The translations under genes were made by a program, and so were the position numbers. Shown here one piece after another: positions 1-9,643 of a DNA stretch of 64,000 bases. The notes beneath the pieces are model-generated. The model had not been told where the DNA came from. It was given only the letters and a program-made list of their open reading frames with translations, and ran no database searches. The stretch covers positions 1,394 through 65,393 of the forward strand of contig JAFGWL010000001.1 in NCBI GenBank assembly GCA_016937175.1, in the 5' to 3' direction. Each line of letters starts with the position of its first letter. Position 1 is the stretch's first letter. The DNA is from Candidatus Mcinerneyibacteriota bacterium (GTDB taxonomy: Bacteria > Macinerneyibacteriota > Macinerneyibacteria > Macinerneyibacteriales > DSCS01).

Positions 1-523
1 ATGGGGAAGCATAGACTATGACGACCTCATGACATTTGCCGATTTCATGAAAAAAAAGCCTTACATCGATAAAAAACGTATGGGGGTCACCGGCGGAAGC
101 TACGGCGGATACATGACCAACTGGATCATCGGCCATACCCGCCGTTTCAAAGCCGCTGTCACCCAGCGCAGCGTAAGCAACCTCCTGAGCATGTGGGGAT
201 CCAGTGATGTCAACTGGTCTTTCCAGATGGAGTTCGGAGGTAAACCGCCCTGGGAAGATCATGAGAATTTTTGGAAACAGTCTCCTATGAGCACCATAGG
301 AAACGCTGCCACCCCTACCCTGGTCATCCATAGTGAAAACGATCTCCGTTGCGATATAGAGCAAGGGGAGCAGGTCTATGTGGCTTTGAAATACCTGGGG
401 GTCGATACGGAAATGATCCGCTTTCCTGACGAGCCCCACGGCCTGTCCCGGGGTGGCCGGACAGACAGACGCATCCTCCGCCTGAACCATATTCTCCGCT
501 GGTTCGATAAGTATCTTAAATAG
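1..523 (+). CDS. S9 family (prolyl oligopeptidase/acylaminoacyl) peptidase, C-terminal part (5' end outside window)
   Basis: GGSYGG nucleophile motif, IHSENDLRC (Asp) and DEPHGLSR (His) of the catalytic triad. Confidence 0.9.
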   Translation, partial: WGSIDYDDLMTFADFMKKKPYIDKKRMGVTGGSYGGYMTNWIIGHTRRFKAAVTQRSVSNLLSMWGSSDVNWSFQMEFGGKPPWEDHENFWKQSPMSTIGNAATPTLVIHSENDLRCDIEQGEQVYVALKYLGVDTEMIRFPDEPHGLSRGGRTDRRILRLNHILRWFDKYLK

Positions 524-537
524 TCAATAAAAAAGTG

Positions 538-586
538 TGTCAAGGGAGGCTTCCTCCCTTGACATCCCCTTTAAATGGGATACCAT
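538..586 (+). promoter_or_regulatory. 12-bp inverted repeat (likely terminator) overlapping a sigma70-type promoter for pruA
   Basis: TGTCAAGGGAGG-CTT-CCTCCCTTGACA (538-564); TTGACA 559-564, 16 nt, TACCAT 581-586. Confidence 0.55.
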
Positions 587-629
587 GTCTCAACGATATG
601 CACGAATAAACATAACGGAGGTGATGTTA

Positions 630-2276
630 ATGACTCATGCGCTTTTTTCTGTCCCCCTGCCAAAAAACGAACCTGCCCTTGACTATGCCCCGGGTTCTCC
701 CGAGAGGGCAGCTCTTCAGCAAGCTCTGGATGAGATGCTTTCACAAAAATGGGATATCCCTGTGATCATAGGAGGAAAAGAGATCCTGACAGCATCCACT
801 GAACGGCTTGTCCAGCCCCATGATCATCAAAACAGCCTGGGGGTCTTCCATCAGGTGACCGAAAAGGAGATCTTCCTGGCGATAGAGGCTGCCATGAAAG
901 CCCGCAAAGAGTGGGAGAAAGTATCTGCGACCCACCGGGCAGCCATGGCTTTGAAAGCCGCAGAACTACTGACGACCAAATATCGTTATCAGATGAATGC
1001 CGCCACCATGCTGGTACAGGGCAAGAACATCTACCAGGCCGAGATCGACTGCATTGCAGAGATGGCCGATTTTCTCCGCTTCAATGCCTACTACATGACC
1101 CAGATCTACAGTGAACAGCCGCCCTACATCCTGGCCAACGGCTCCATGAACAGGACAGACCACAGGCCACTGGAAGGTTTTGTCTTTGCCGTGACCCCGT
1201 TTAACTTTACGGCCATCGGCGGGAACCTTCCCCTCTCCCCGGCCCTTATGGGCAATACGGTCCTCTGGAAACCAGCCTCGACATCGGTCCTCTCCAACTA
1301 TCTTTTGATGAAGATCTTTCAGGAGGCGGGTTTCCCGGACGGCGTCATTAACTTTATTCCCGGATCCGGTCGTCTTGTGGGAGATATCGTCCTTGAGTCC
1401 CCTGACCTGGCCGGTGTCCATTTTACCGGGTCCACAGGGGTCTTTAACCATATGTGGTCCGTCATCGCAGGAAACATCGGACGATATAAGACCTACCCCC
1501 GCATCGTGGGGGAAACCGGGGGAAAAGACTTTGTCATCGCCCACCCTTCGGCAGATACCCATCAGGTGGCCACAGCCCTGATCAGAGGTGCTTTTGAATA
1601 TCAGGGGCAGAAGTGTTCCGCAGCTTCGCGGGCTTATCTACCCTCTTCTTTGTCCCGTCCCGTCTTCGAAGCCATGGGAGCCATGCTGGACAATATCACC
1701 CCTGAACCGCCCACCAGGATCGGGGCCTTCTTCAATGCCGTCATTGACGAAAAGTCTTACGATTCCATTATGGCTTACATCGATAAAGCCAGGAACTCTG
1801 ATGATGCAGAGATCCTTTTCGGCGGAAAGGGTGACAAAGAAACCGGGTATTTCATCGAGCCCACCGTCATCCTCACCAAAAATGCGCATTTTCTCACTAT
1901 GGAAGAAGAGATCTTCGGGCCTGTCCTTACCGTCTATGTCTATGAGGATAATGACTTTGACAGTGTCCTCGGCCTGTGCGATTCCACATCGCCCTACGGC
2001 CTTACAGGATCCATCTTTGCCCGGGACCGCGACGCAATCGACCGGGCAGAAAAAAGGCTGCGCTATGCAGCCGGTAATTTCTACATCAACGATAAACCTA
2101 CGGGTGCTGTGGTGGGGCAACAGCCCTTCGGTGGATCGAGAGCCTCAGGGACAAACGACAAGGCAGGAAGCAAACTCAATCTTCTGCGCTGGGTCAGCCC
2201 CCGGACCATCAAGGAGACATTCAACCCGCCGCTCTCCCATACCTATCCCTTTATGGATGAGCATCCGCGTTCCTGA
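630..2276 (+). CDS. pruA: 1-pyrroline-5-carboxylate (L-glutamate gamma-semialdehyde) dehydrogenase
   Basis: ALDH motifs TPFNFTAIGGNL, GETGGKDF, EYQGQKCSA, EEIFGP, QQPFGGSRASGTNDKAG; GGAGG RBS before ATG 630. Confidence 0.93.
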   Translation: MTHALFSVPLPKNEPALDYAPGSPERAALQQALDEMLSQKWDIPVIIGGKEILTASTERLVQPHDHQNSLGVFHQVTEKEIFLAIEAAMKARKEWEKVSATHRAAMALKAAELLTTKYRYQMNAATMLVQGKNIYQAEIDCIAEMADFLRFNAYYMTQIYSEQPPYILANGSMNRTDHRPLEGFVFAVTPFNFTAIGGNLPLSPALMGNTVLWKPASTSVLSNYLLMKIFQEAGFPDGVINFIPGSGRLVGDIVLESPDLAGVHFTGSTGVFNHMWSVIAGNIGRYKTYPRIVGETGGKDFVIAHPSADTHQVATALIRGAFEYQGQKCSAASRAYLPSSLSRPVFEAMGAMLDNITPEPPTRIGAFFNAVIDEKSYDSIMAYIDKARNSDDAEILFGGKGDKETGYFIEPTVILTKNAHFLTMEEEIFGPVLTVYVYEDNDFDSVLGLCDSTSPYGLTGSIFARDRDAIDRAEKRLRYAAGNFYINDKPTGAVVGQQPFGGSRASGTNDKAGSKLNLLRWVSPRTIKETFNPPLSHTYPFMDEHPRS

Positions 2277-2769
2277 CCCATTCCTCCGTCAAACCGGGCA
2301 GAAGAGGACTATAGGGGATATCCGGAACCCTCACGATGAGAGCCTTTCCCCGGAGTACAAGGGAACAGAGCCCGGCCATCCTCTGGCCGGGCCCTCTTTT
2401 TATCTCAATTCTTCTGATCAACGATCCGGGCAATTCAAACTTGTTTTGCCCTGGGATCCCCGTAAAAACCGTCACATGATCCCGGTAAAAGTCCGCTTTT
2501 GACATGATATAGCGTTTTTTCAAAACACCAAGGCGGTACCCCGGAAGAAGGAAAAGAGCCCCGAGCAGCAAGACATAGAGGGGGAGAAGCGCCTGAAGAT
2601 GTTTGCTGCGGGCGATCTCCATAAGCGTTCCGGGAGACCCGACTTCCACAGCTGCAATCACGAGTCCCACAGGGACAAGTCCTGCGGGGATGCCTCTCAG
2701 CCAGAGAAGATAGGCGTTAAAGAAGGAACGGACGGAAAAAAGGATCTCTTCCCGGTTTTCAATTTCCAT
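2251..2769 (-). CDS. Hypothetical membrane protein (2 TM plus small soluble domain)
   Basis: Two hydrophobic stretches; overlaps the upstream gene end like an operon member. Confidence 0.55.
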   Translation of the reverse strand: MEIENREEILFSVRSFFNAYLLWLRGIPAGLVPVGLVIAAVEVGSPGTLMEIARSKHLQALLPLYVLLLGALFLLPGYRLGVLKKRYIMSKADFYRDHVTVFTGIPGQNKFELPGSLIRRIEIKRGPGQRMAGLCSLVLRGKALIVRVPDIPYSPLLPGLTEEWVRNADAHP

Positions 2770-4495
2770 AGTTGATTCCCACCATTAAAAAAGCTTCTGT
2801 CGAGGCCCCTTCTCCGGAAAGAGGTTCTCCCAGGTCACCGGGGCGCTGATAACGGCACGTCTCAAAAGTCACCCCCCCTTCCAAAATGATACGGCTTCGG
2901 GGGAGGGTCTTTCCCCCTGCCTGGAAAAAGCCTTTGACTGAAAAGGCGATTCCGCGGGTCTCTTCCCGGACCCCTCCGAGAAAGGCATAGTCTCTGGGGA
3001 CATCTGAGCTGAGAAGATCCGGCCGCTCCACATCTCCCCCTACATTGATGTAATTCAATCCCTCATCGATATAGTTTTCTCCGGAACGAGTGAAAAAGGC
3101 TTCCATTTTCGCATCAAAGACCTCAGACAACCCCCACTCAAGAGAGACCCGGAAATCGTCGCTGTTGGGCCCCAGGGCGCTGCCAAGCAGGCTGCTGTAG
3201 TGGGTATGGTTATCGATGTTATAACGATGGGTATAGACAAGAGGGTTGATCCGGGTATAGGCCAGGGAAACGAGGGAATCCTCCCAGAACAAGGGATAAA
3301 AACGAGATCCCAGAGTATAGGCCGATTTTGTCCTTCTGAAATCCTGAAGCTTTCTGACGCTGAGGTCGTCCAGAAGGATCTCCCCGTATATGATGATACG
3401 GTCGGAGACAGTGATATGTCCGTCAGCCCCCATGATCACGTTATCCCGGTCCCCTTCATAATGCTGTTCGCTCCAGAAAAAATTAAAGGGGATAGCATAG
3501 CCCAGCTGAACTCCCTTATCTGCATAGATCACCCCTTCCTGGAAGGCGATATGATGGCGTCCCCCGAAGTCAAGTTCCAGGCGGTGCGCGGCCAGGTATT
3601 TCCTGCGAAAACGGTCTTTGGGGTCGGCCCCGGGCTCTTGGATCAGGCTCTCTTCCTCCTTCTCTCCGCTCCGGAGGCCGGCTGTGAACGAGACAAGACT
3701 TAAAGGGCCCCAGTCAAAAGTCAGGCGGACATGAGTATAGGATGTGGCATGGCCTGAAAGAAAGAGCCTGTGATCTTCGCCCGGACCCCAGACATTTACT
3801 CCTTTGGCGGCAGCTGCCGAGAAACCTCCGCCCTGAAAAGACAGAATAGCATCGGCGCGGTCGAAATAGAGTTCAGAGGCATCATCATTTAGATTGACCC
3901 AACCCCACCCCCTGTTTTTGACAAAGAAGTCCAGGTAGGAGACCCTCTCTTCCCGCCATTGTCCTGTTTCATCATAATAGGATCTTGTCTCTTCCTGAAG
4001 CAAGTCTCCCAGGTCCCCGTGCATGGTCTCGTCGTTAAAGGACAGACTCATGTCAAAGGCTCCCAGAGAAGCTTTAGCCCGGATCCCGCCCGTGTAGAGA
4101 ATATAATCCAGTTTCGAAGATGTCCCTTCTATCCTCTCACCGGTAATATACCCTCCCCGTCCCTGAAATGTCAGTATAGCTTGCCCCTCCCCGCTTCGCA
4201 CATGGACGATCCCACGGCGCACCCCGTCTTCTTCCGGAGAGAAGATGGCATCCTTGTATCTCTCCAACAACACCCTTTCACGGGATGAAAAAGAGTCTCT
4301 GCAGGACTCCGCCTGCCGGATAAAGAGAGCCGTCCTCTCCCGGCTCCAGGGAAGGGCATACCGGTAAGCCGGCAGATGATATTTTTCGGCAAGGCTTCGG
4401 GCAAAGGCGTAAAAAGGAGAACCGGCCCCTTCCAAACTGCACGCCGTGCTTATAACCAAAAAGATCCCCAGTAAGAGAAACAACGCCCTCTTCAC
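2759..4495 (-). CDS. Capsule assembly Wzi-family outer-membrane protein
   Basis: Signal peptide; YLAAHRLEL, EGVIYA, PFNFFWSEQH..DRDNVIMGADG, YGEILLDD, LGSALGPNSD motifs; GTG overlaps upstream stop. Confidence 0.65.
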   Translation of the reverse strand: MKRALFLLLGIFLVISTACSLEGAGSPFYAFARSLAEKYHLPAYRYALPWSRERTALFIRQAESCRDSFSSRERVLLERYKDAIFSPEEDGVRRGIVHVRSGEGQAILTFQGRGGYITGERIEGTSSKLDYILYTGGIRAKASLGAFDMSLSFNDETMHGDLGDLLQEETRSYYDETGQWREERVSYLDFFVKNRGWGWVNLNDDASELYFDRADAILSFQGGGFSAAAAKGVNVWGPGEDHRLFLSGHATSYTHVRLTFDWGPLSLVSFTAGLRSGEKEEESLIQEPGADPKDRFRRKYLAAHRLELDFGGRHHIAFQEGVIYADKGVQLGYAIPFNFFWSEQHYEGDRDNVIMGADGHITVSDRIIIYGEILLDDLSVRKLQDFRRTKSAYTLGSRFYPLFWEDSLVSLAYTRINPLVYTHRYNIDNHTHYSSLLGSALGPNSDDFRVSLEWGLSEVFDAKMEAFFTRSGENYIDEGLNYINVGGDVERPDLLSSDVPRDYAFLGGVREETRGIAFSVKGFFQAGGKTLPRSRIILEGGVTFETCRYQRPGDLGEPLSGEGASTEAFLMVGINYGN

Positions 4496-5235
4496 TTCTT
4501 CTCCTCCCAACCCTGGCGTTCCAGAAGCTGCTCTTCGGGAACCTCTTTTATAAATCGGGCAGGGTTCCCCGCGACCACGGCCCGGGGGGGGACATCTTTC
4601 AGAACGACGCTTCCGGCTCCCACAAGGGCGTCCCGGCCCAAAGTCACTCCCGGGAGGACAACGGCCCCCGCTCCGATACGGGCCCCCTCTTCCATAGTCA
4701 CGCCTTTAAAGCAGAGAAACCTCTTCTCTGTCCGCCCCACATAATTATCGTTGGATGTCACAACACAAGGCCCGACAAAACAGAAATCCCCTATGGTTGA
4801 ATAGGCGGTGATATAGGCATTCGTCTCTATTTTACAGAATCTCCCGATGCCCGTTTTGTTTTCCACAGCTGCTCCGCGTCCTATGATACTTCCCTTTCCC
4901 ACAGAGACGTGTTCCCGGACCGTGGCGTAATCAGCGATAAGGACTCTTTCTCCGATGACTGCCCCGCGGTAAAGGACCGCGCCGGTCCCGATGAGCACTC
5001 CGTCTCCGACCGTAAGGGGCTCTGTCTCTTCCTCCCCGGTCACCGCGCTGTTGACGCTCTTGAGGGTCTCTTTCCCGAGGTGCGCAAAAGAGTCGATCCG
5101 AACGTTGTCTCCGATGACAGTCCCTGATTCGATGACCACGCAGGCTCCGATAGTACATCCGTGCCCGATACGGACCTCTTTTCCGATCACGCAGCCAGGC
5201 CCGCAAACGGGTTTTTTCCTTCGATTCTGTTTCAT
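4492..5235 (-). CDS. Hexapeptide-repeat sugar N-acetyltransferase (WbpD-like)
   Basis: Many [LIV]GxxxxI hexapeptide repeats, FVGPCVVTSND, VVAGNPARFIK. Confidence 0.85.
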   Translation of the reverse strand: MKQNRRKKPVCGPGCVIGKEVRIGHGCTIGACVVIESGTVIGDNVRIDSFAHLGKETLKSVNSAVTGEEETEPLTVGDGVLIGTGAVLYRGAVIGERVLIADYATVREHVSVGKGSIIGRGAAVENKTGIGRFCKIETNAYITAYSTIGDFCFVGPCVVTSNDNYVGRTEKRFLCFKGVTMEEGARIGAGAVVLPGVTLGRDALVGAGSVVLKDVPPRAVVAGNPARFIKEVPEEQLLERQGWEEKK

Positions 5236-5243
5236 GTCCCTCC

Positions 5244-6521
5244 TTAAAAGATGATCTCCAGGAGAGTCCCGTAGTCGGATTCTCCTGCGCGGATTGTCCC
5301 TCCTGATTCTGTGATGATGTCTTTGACCAGGGAAAGGCCCAAACCGCTACCGTCGGAATGACGAGCTTTATCCCCTCTGTAGAATTTTTCAAAGATACGT
5401 TCCCGCTCTTCGGGAGGGACCCCGTCTCCGTTATCTTCAACCGTCATCCGAAGAGACGTGCCTCTCCGGCTGGCTGATATGTGACATATCTTCTTTTTTT
5501 TCGAATTATAGCGATAGGCATTAGACAGGAGGTTGTCCAGGACCGTCTCCAGTTCCGCTTGTTTCAGGGGGACGGAGAGCTTTTCGGGAACATCCAGGGT
5601 GATCTCCATGAGAGGCCGGTACCTTTTCTGAAACGAGAGGACAACCGGCTTGAGGATAGATTCTCCTTTCCCGAGTTCACCGGCTCGGTCATATCTTTTG
5701 ATCCGATCGATATAGGTATCCATTAGGGAGACCTCTTCAAGCAACTCATCATAGCGTTCTTCTCCCGGCGGGAAGACCCGGTCCTTCATCCCCTCGACGA
5801 TCCCTCTGATAATGGTCAGGGGTGTTTTCATATCATGGGAGAGATTGGTCATAAACGAACGCTTGGCCCTCTCCTGTTCACGGAGTTCGGCCGCCATTTT
5901 TTCCAGCCCTTCTTTGAAAGGGGCCAGCTCTTCATAGGGGATCTGAAGATGAAGGTCGTAATCTCCCCGGGCGAGACGGGAAACTTCCCCGGCGTTTTCA
6001 TGGCTCTGGCGAAGGATCTTTCTTGAGAAACGGACGACGACAAAGAGATAGAGAACACTCAGCAGCAGGACGACGCCTGTCGCAAAGAGCCACAGCTGTC
6101 TCATAAAAGCCGTCTCCACCGGTGTCAAAAAATTCCGGTTCACAAGATAATAATCCAGTGTCCTCCCTGTATCCTTATCCAAAAAAGCGGTCTCATTGAT
6201 CTTTTTCGCCTTCTCCGGATCGAGGCCGGAAGGGTACCGGAGAATGACATTGCCTTCCCGGTCACGCAGGACCATTCCGATATTTCTTCTCCAGGGCTCA
6301 GGCGGGCGATGCATGCGGCCCCGGTTCTCCATGGGCCGGAAAAACCCGTTCTGGGAAAATATCACACGGCTGATCATGGGCAGATCCTGTTTGAAGCGCT
6401 CCAGGACATTATTTTTGTACCTTATATTCATGAAGATCATCATGGCCCCATAGAGGAAAATGATCCCCACAACCGCCGGAAGGACAAAGCGGACAAAAAG
6501 GATCCGTTTCAGCGTTGTCAT
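5244..6521 (-). CDS. Membrane sensor histidine kinase (HAMP-HisKA-HATPase)
   Basis: Two TMs, SHDMKTPL H-box, NLLSNA, EDNGDG, FEKFYRGD, GSGLGLS. Confidence 0.92.
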   Translation of the reverse strand: MTTLKRILFVRFVLPAVVGIIFLYGAMMIFMNIRYKNNVLERFKQDLPMISRVIFSQNGFFRPMENRGRMHRPPEPWRRNIGMVLRDREGNVILRYPSGLDPEKAKKINETAFLDKDTGRTLDYYLVNRNFLTPVETAFMRQLWLFATGVVLLLSVLYLFVVVRFSRKILRQSHENAGEVSRLARGDYDLHLQIPYEELAPFKEGLEKMAAELREQERAKRSFMTNLSHDMKTPLTIIRGIVEGMKDRVFPPGEERYDELLEEVSLMDTYIDRIKRYDRAGELGKGESILKPVVLSFQKRYRPLMEITLDVPEKLSVPLKQAELETVLDNLLSNAYRYNSKKKKICHISASRRGTSLRMTVEDNGDGVPPEERERIFEKFYRGDKARHSDGSGLGLSLVKDIITESGGTIRAGESDYGTLLEIIF

Positions 6522-7204
6522 GGCCCCTCCGTGAATTTGTACCCGGCCCCGTAGACCGTTATCAGAAAAATCGGATGCGACGGGTCTGGTTCGATCTTTT
6601 TGCGTATATTCTTGATGTGCGAGTCTACGGCCCTGTCGAAGGCTTCCTCATCCTCTTTGAACACGAGGTCCAGGATCATCTCCCTCGAAAAGATGCGTCC
6701 CGGATGACTCGCAAGAAGGTAGAGGATCTCAAACTCCCGGGAAGAAAGAAAGACTTTTTTCCCCCTTTTCCGCCAGGTCTGGTCCTGAGGATGGAGTTCT
6801 GCCTCTCCGGCCCTGAGGACTTCCCGGAATGCAGGCTGAGTACTTCTCTTAAGGAGTGCCTTGATCCGGGCCATAAGGACCCGGGGACTGAAGGGTTTTG
6901 TCACATAGTCATCAGCGCCTCTTCCGTATCCATCGAGAATATCCGGCTCAAGGCCCTTGGCCGTGACCATGATCACCGGGACAGCTTTACGTCTTTTGAT
7001 CCACGCCAGGACCTCTTCTCCGCTTTTTTCGGGAAGCATCCGGTCCAGAAGGACGAGGTGGGGATCGAAAAACTCAAATTCCCTGACAGCTTTTTTCCCG
7101 TCTCCGGCAACGCGCACTTCATAACCCTCTTTTTCGGCGTATTGCCGGACAATGGAGGCGATCTTCTCTTCATCTTCCACGATGAGGATCTTTGTCTTTT
7201 CCAT
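6518..7204 (-). CDS. OmpR/PhoB-family response regulator
   Basis: ILIVEDE, LLDRMLP, GADDYVTKPF, winged helix ending TVYGAGYKF. Confidence 0.93.
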   Translation of the reverse strand: MEKTKILIVEDEEKIASIVRQYAEKEGYEVRVAGDGKKAVREFEFFDPHLVLLDRMLPEKSGEEVLAWIKRRKAVPVIMVTAKGLEPDILDGYGRGADDYVTKPFSPRVLMARIKALLKRSTQPAFREVLRAGEAELHPQDQTWRKRGKKVFLSSREFEILYLLASHPGRIFSREMILDLVFKEDEEAFDRAVDSHIKNIRKKIEPDPSHPIFLITVYGAGYKFTEGP

Positions 7205-7487
7205 CTTCCCCTCCTTCCCCCTGCCTGAAGTATACTCCCTTCACCCTATCCTGTCCAAGAGTTTGCCTGAGCCGGGTCAGAAGCTCTCCCCTTCTTCCGG
7301 ATAATTCAAAAAGCCACGCTGACGAATCACAGACCACCGTAAGTCTGCCTTTGACCAGAAAAAGGGGCCGGCAATGCCGGGCGGCCTTGTCTCCGGCCAC
7401 CCGGGCCCAGGCCTCTTCGATTTCGTCAAGATGTTCGGCCTCTCCCGCCTTGATGATCTTCCGGATCACATCAGAGATCGGACGCAT
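7170..7487 (-). CDS. dciA: DUF721/DciA helicase-loading protein
   Basis: W..VAG..A.HCRP...GRL.V.C.SSAW..EL pattern; canonical position after recF. Confidence 0.8.
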   Translation of the reverse strand: MRPISDVIRKIIKAGEAEHLDEIEEAWARVAGDKAARHCRPLFLVKGRLTVVCDSSAWLFELSGRRGELLTRLRQTLGQDRVKGVYFRQGEGGEDGKDKDPHRGR

Positions 7488-8529
7488 GGGTGATCACCCC
7501 TTCCCTGACGTGAAAAGTCCGGCTCCCGGAGCCGAAGGGCTGTTTTCCTTCCACCATGGTGAAAAATACCTGGCTCTCTGTACGAATGATCTCTTCAAGC
7601 AGGCCCTTTCTTCTGGAGTGGTCCAGTTCCTCAAAGATATCATCCATGAGGAGGATCCCTTTTTTGGGCGAACGGCTGTTAAAGAGATCCAGAAGCGTCA
7701 GAAGGAGCGAAAGCACAAAGCTTTTCATCTGTCCCTGTGAGGCGTGAGTTGACATCTCCTTTGCGTTCATAGACAGAGTATAGCGGTCCCTGTGGGGCCC
7801 CACCGTGGTATAGCCGCGCTCTCTGTCCTCTCCTCGTGAGCTGAAAAACTCCTCCTCGTCAAAAGAAGGCACATGGCGGATCCGGGCATCCCGGACAGCC
7901 GGGAAAAGACGCTGAAAGGTAGCCGGAAGGGCTTCATTGATCTCTGTTATGAACTGCGCCCGGGCCCGGGTGACCTCTTCGCCGTAACGGCAGAAGTATT
8001 CATCCCAGATCTCCAGCTCCTTCCGGCTGAACGAGCGGGATTTCAGAAGAGCGTTGCGCTCCTGTAAAACACGGTTAAAGCGAAGCAGAGACTCCCTGTA
8101 GGGGGGATAAAAAAAAAGGATATAAGTGTCGAAAAACCGGCGGACTTCTCCGGAGGAAAAATAAAAGATGTTAAAGACCTCGCGGCTGACGAGAAAGGGA
8201 AAGACCTGCATAAAAAACTCCGAATATCCCAGTTCCTGCTGTTCCATCCCGTATTTGAAGTTTTTCTCCCTGTCGTAGAAGAGAAACCTCTCATGGGCAG
8301 CCCCCGATTCTCGCAGGACGAGACGAAACCAATCCTCTCCCCATTGGATCATATCACGTCCCCGGGCCTTCCGGAAACTTTTGCCGTTGAAAAAGAGGTA
8401 GAGGGCCTCCAGTACATTGCTTTTCCCTGATCCGTTTGGGCCCTCGATGATATTGAAACGGGGAGAGACATCCATCTCCCCCCGTTTGATATTACGGAAT
8501 TGATACAGTTCTAAGCTTTGAAGGCTCAT
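7471..8529 (-). CDS. recF: DNA replication/repair protein RecF
   Basis: FRN, GPNGSGKSN Walker A, GPHRD, ASQGQ signature, LLMDDIFEELD. Confidence 0.93.
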   Translation of the reverse strand: MSLQSLELYQFRNIKRGEMDVSPRFNIIEGPNGSGKSNVLEALYLFFNGKSFRKARGRDMIQWGEDWFRLVLRESGAAHERFLFYDREKNFKYGMEQQELGYSEFFMQVFPFLVSREVFNIFYFSSGEVRRFFDTYILFFYPPYRESLLRFNRVLQERNALLKSRSFSRKELEIWDEYFCRYGEEVTRARAQFITEINEALPATFQRLFPAVRDARIRHVPSFDEEEFFSSRGEDRERGYTTVGPHRDRYTLSMNAKEMSTHASQGQMKSFVLSLLLTLLDLFNSRSPKKGILLMDDIFEELDHSRRKGLLEEIIRTESQVFFTMVEGKQPFGSGSRTFHVREGVITHASDL

Positions 8530-8536
8530 CCCGCCA

Positions 8537-9643
8537 TCAGTCAAGCATGACCAGGGGCATGATGACCCAGAGATAATCCGCACTGTTTTCCGGAGTCATC
8601 AGGACAGCGCTTTCATTGTTATACATGGTCATGACGATATTTTTATCTTCCAGGGTGGAAAGGACGTCTTTTATATATTTATAGTTGAAATCAATACGGA
8701 TCTCCTCATCCTCGTACTGGGCCGCGATGATGTCTTCAGCCAGACCGATATCCGCCATGCGGGCACTGATCTTGAGTTTTCCCTGTCCAAACTGCAGAGA
8801 AGCCCGGCCCGATTCCCGGTTGACGAAGACCGATACCCGCCTCAGGGAGTCAAGGAGACCCAGCCTGGGGACAAGCGCCTTTTTGTTATTGACACTGGGG
8901 ATCACTTTGTCGTATTTAGGATATTTAGCGTCAATAAGCCTGGATACAAGGACGATCTGGTCGATATCAAAACGGATATGCTGTTTGTCGAAGGAGATGA
9001 CCACATCCCCTTCATAATCGATCTTCTGAATCTCATCCAGGACCTTACGGGGAACGACCACACGTGTCCCCTCTTCCACAGAGACCGCTGCCGGCTTTGC
9101 CGATGCCTTGGCCAGAATGTGGGAATCGGTGGCCACAAGGTTCAGGACTCCCTCCTCGTACTCAAAAAGGATCCCTCTGAAGACATACCGGGCCCCGTCC
9201 ACGGCCGTTCCTATAATCGTCCTGGCGATCATCTCTTTCAGTTTTTCAAAGGGGACAGTGAGAGTCGCCGGCTCTTCGGAATGGGGAAACTCAGGATAAT
9301 CATCGGCGGGGATCACCGACATCTCGAACTTCGCACTTCCGGAAGCGATGTAGGCCTTGTCCTCTTCAACCATGACAACGACTGTCTCTTCGGGAGACTC
9401 GGAGATGATCTTGACGAATTTCTCCGCCGGGACCGTGGTCTTTCCCGGAGTCTCGGCATCTACCCCGTTCACACGATAGCGGATACCCACCTCCAGGTCG
9501 GACCCCTCCATGGTCATGGAGCTACCGTCCAGCTGTATCATCATATTCTGCAGGATAGGTTTCATGGATTTTGTGTTGATGATATTTCGAACAATATTCA
9601 TCGGTTTTATGATTTCACTTTTTTTCAACGTGAATTTCATCAT
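8537..9643 (-). CDS. dnaN: DNA polymerase III beta clamp
   Basis: SDLEVGI, VATDSH, SRLIDAKYPKY, IMPL C-terminus; directly downstream of dnaA. Confidence 0.96.
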   Translation of the reverse strand: MMKFTLKKSEIIKPMNIVRNIINTKSMKPILQNMMIQLDGSSMTMEGSDLEVGIRYRVNGVDAETPGKTTVPAEKFVKIISESPEETVVVMVEEDKAYIASGSAKFEMSVIPADDYPEFPHSEEPATLTVPFEKLKEMIARTIIGTAVDGARYVFRGILFEYEEGVLNLVATDSHILAKASAKPAAVSVEEGTRVVVPRKVLDEIQKIDYEGDVVISFDKQHIRFDIDQIVLVSRLIDAKYPKYDKVIPSVNNKKALVPRLGLLDSLRRVSVFVNRESGRASLQFGQGKLKISARMADIGLAEDIIAAQYEDEEIRIDFNYKYIKDVLSTLEDKNIVMTMYNNESAVLMTPENSADYLWVIMPLVMLD

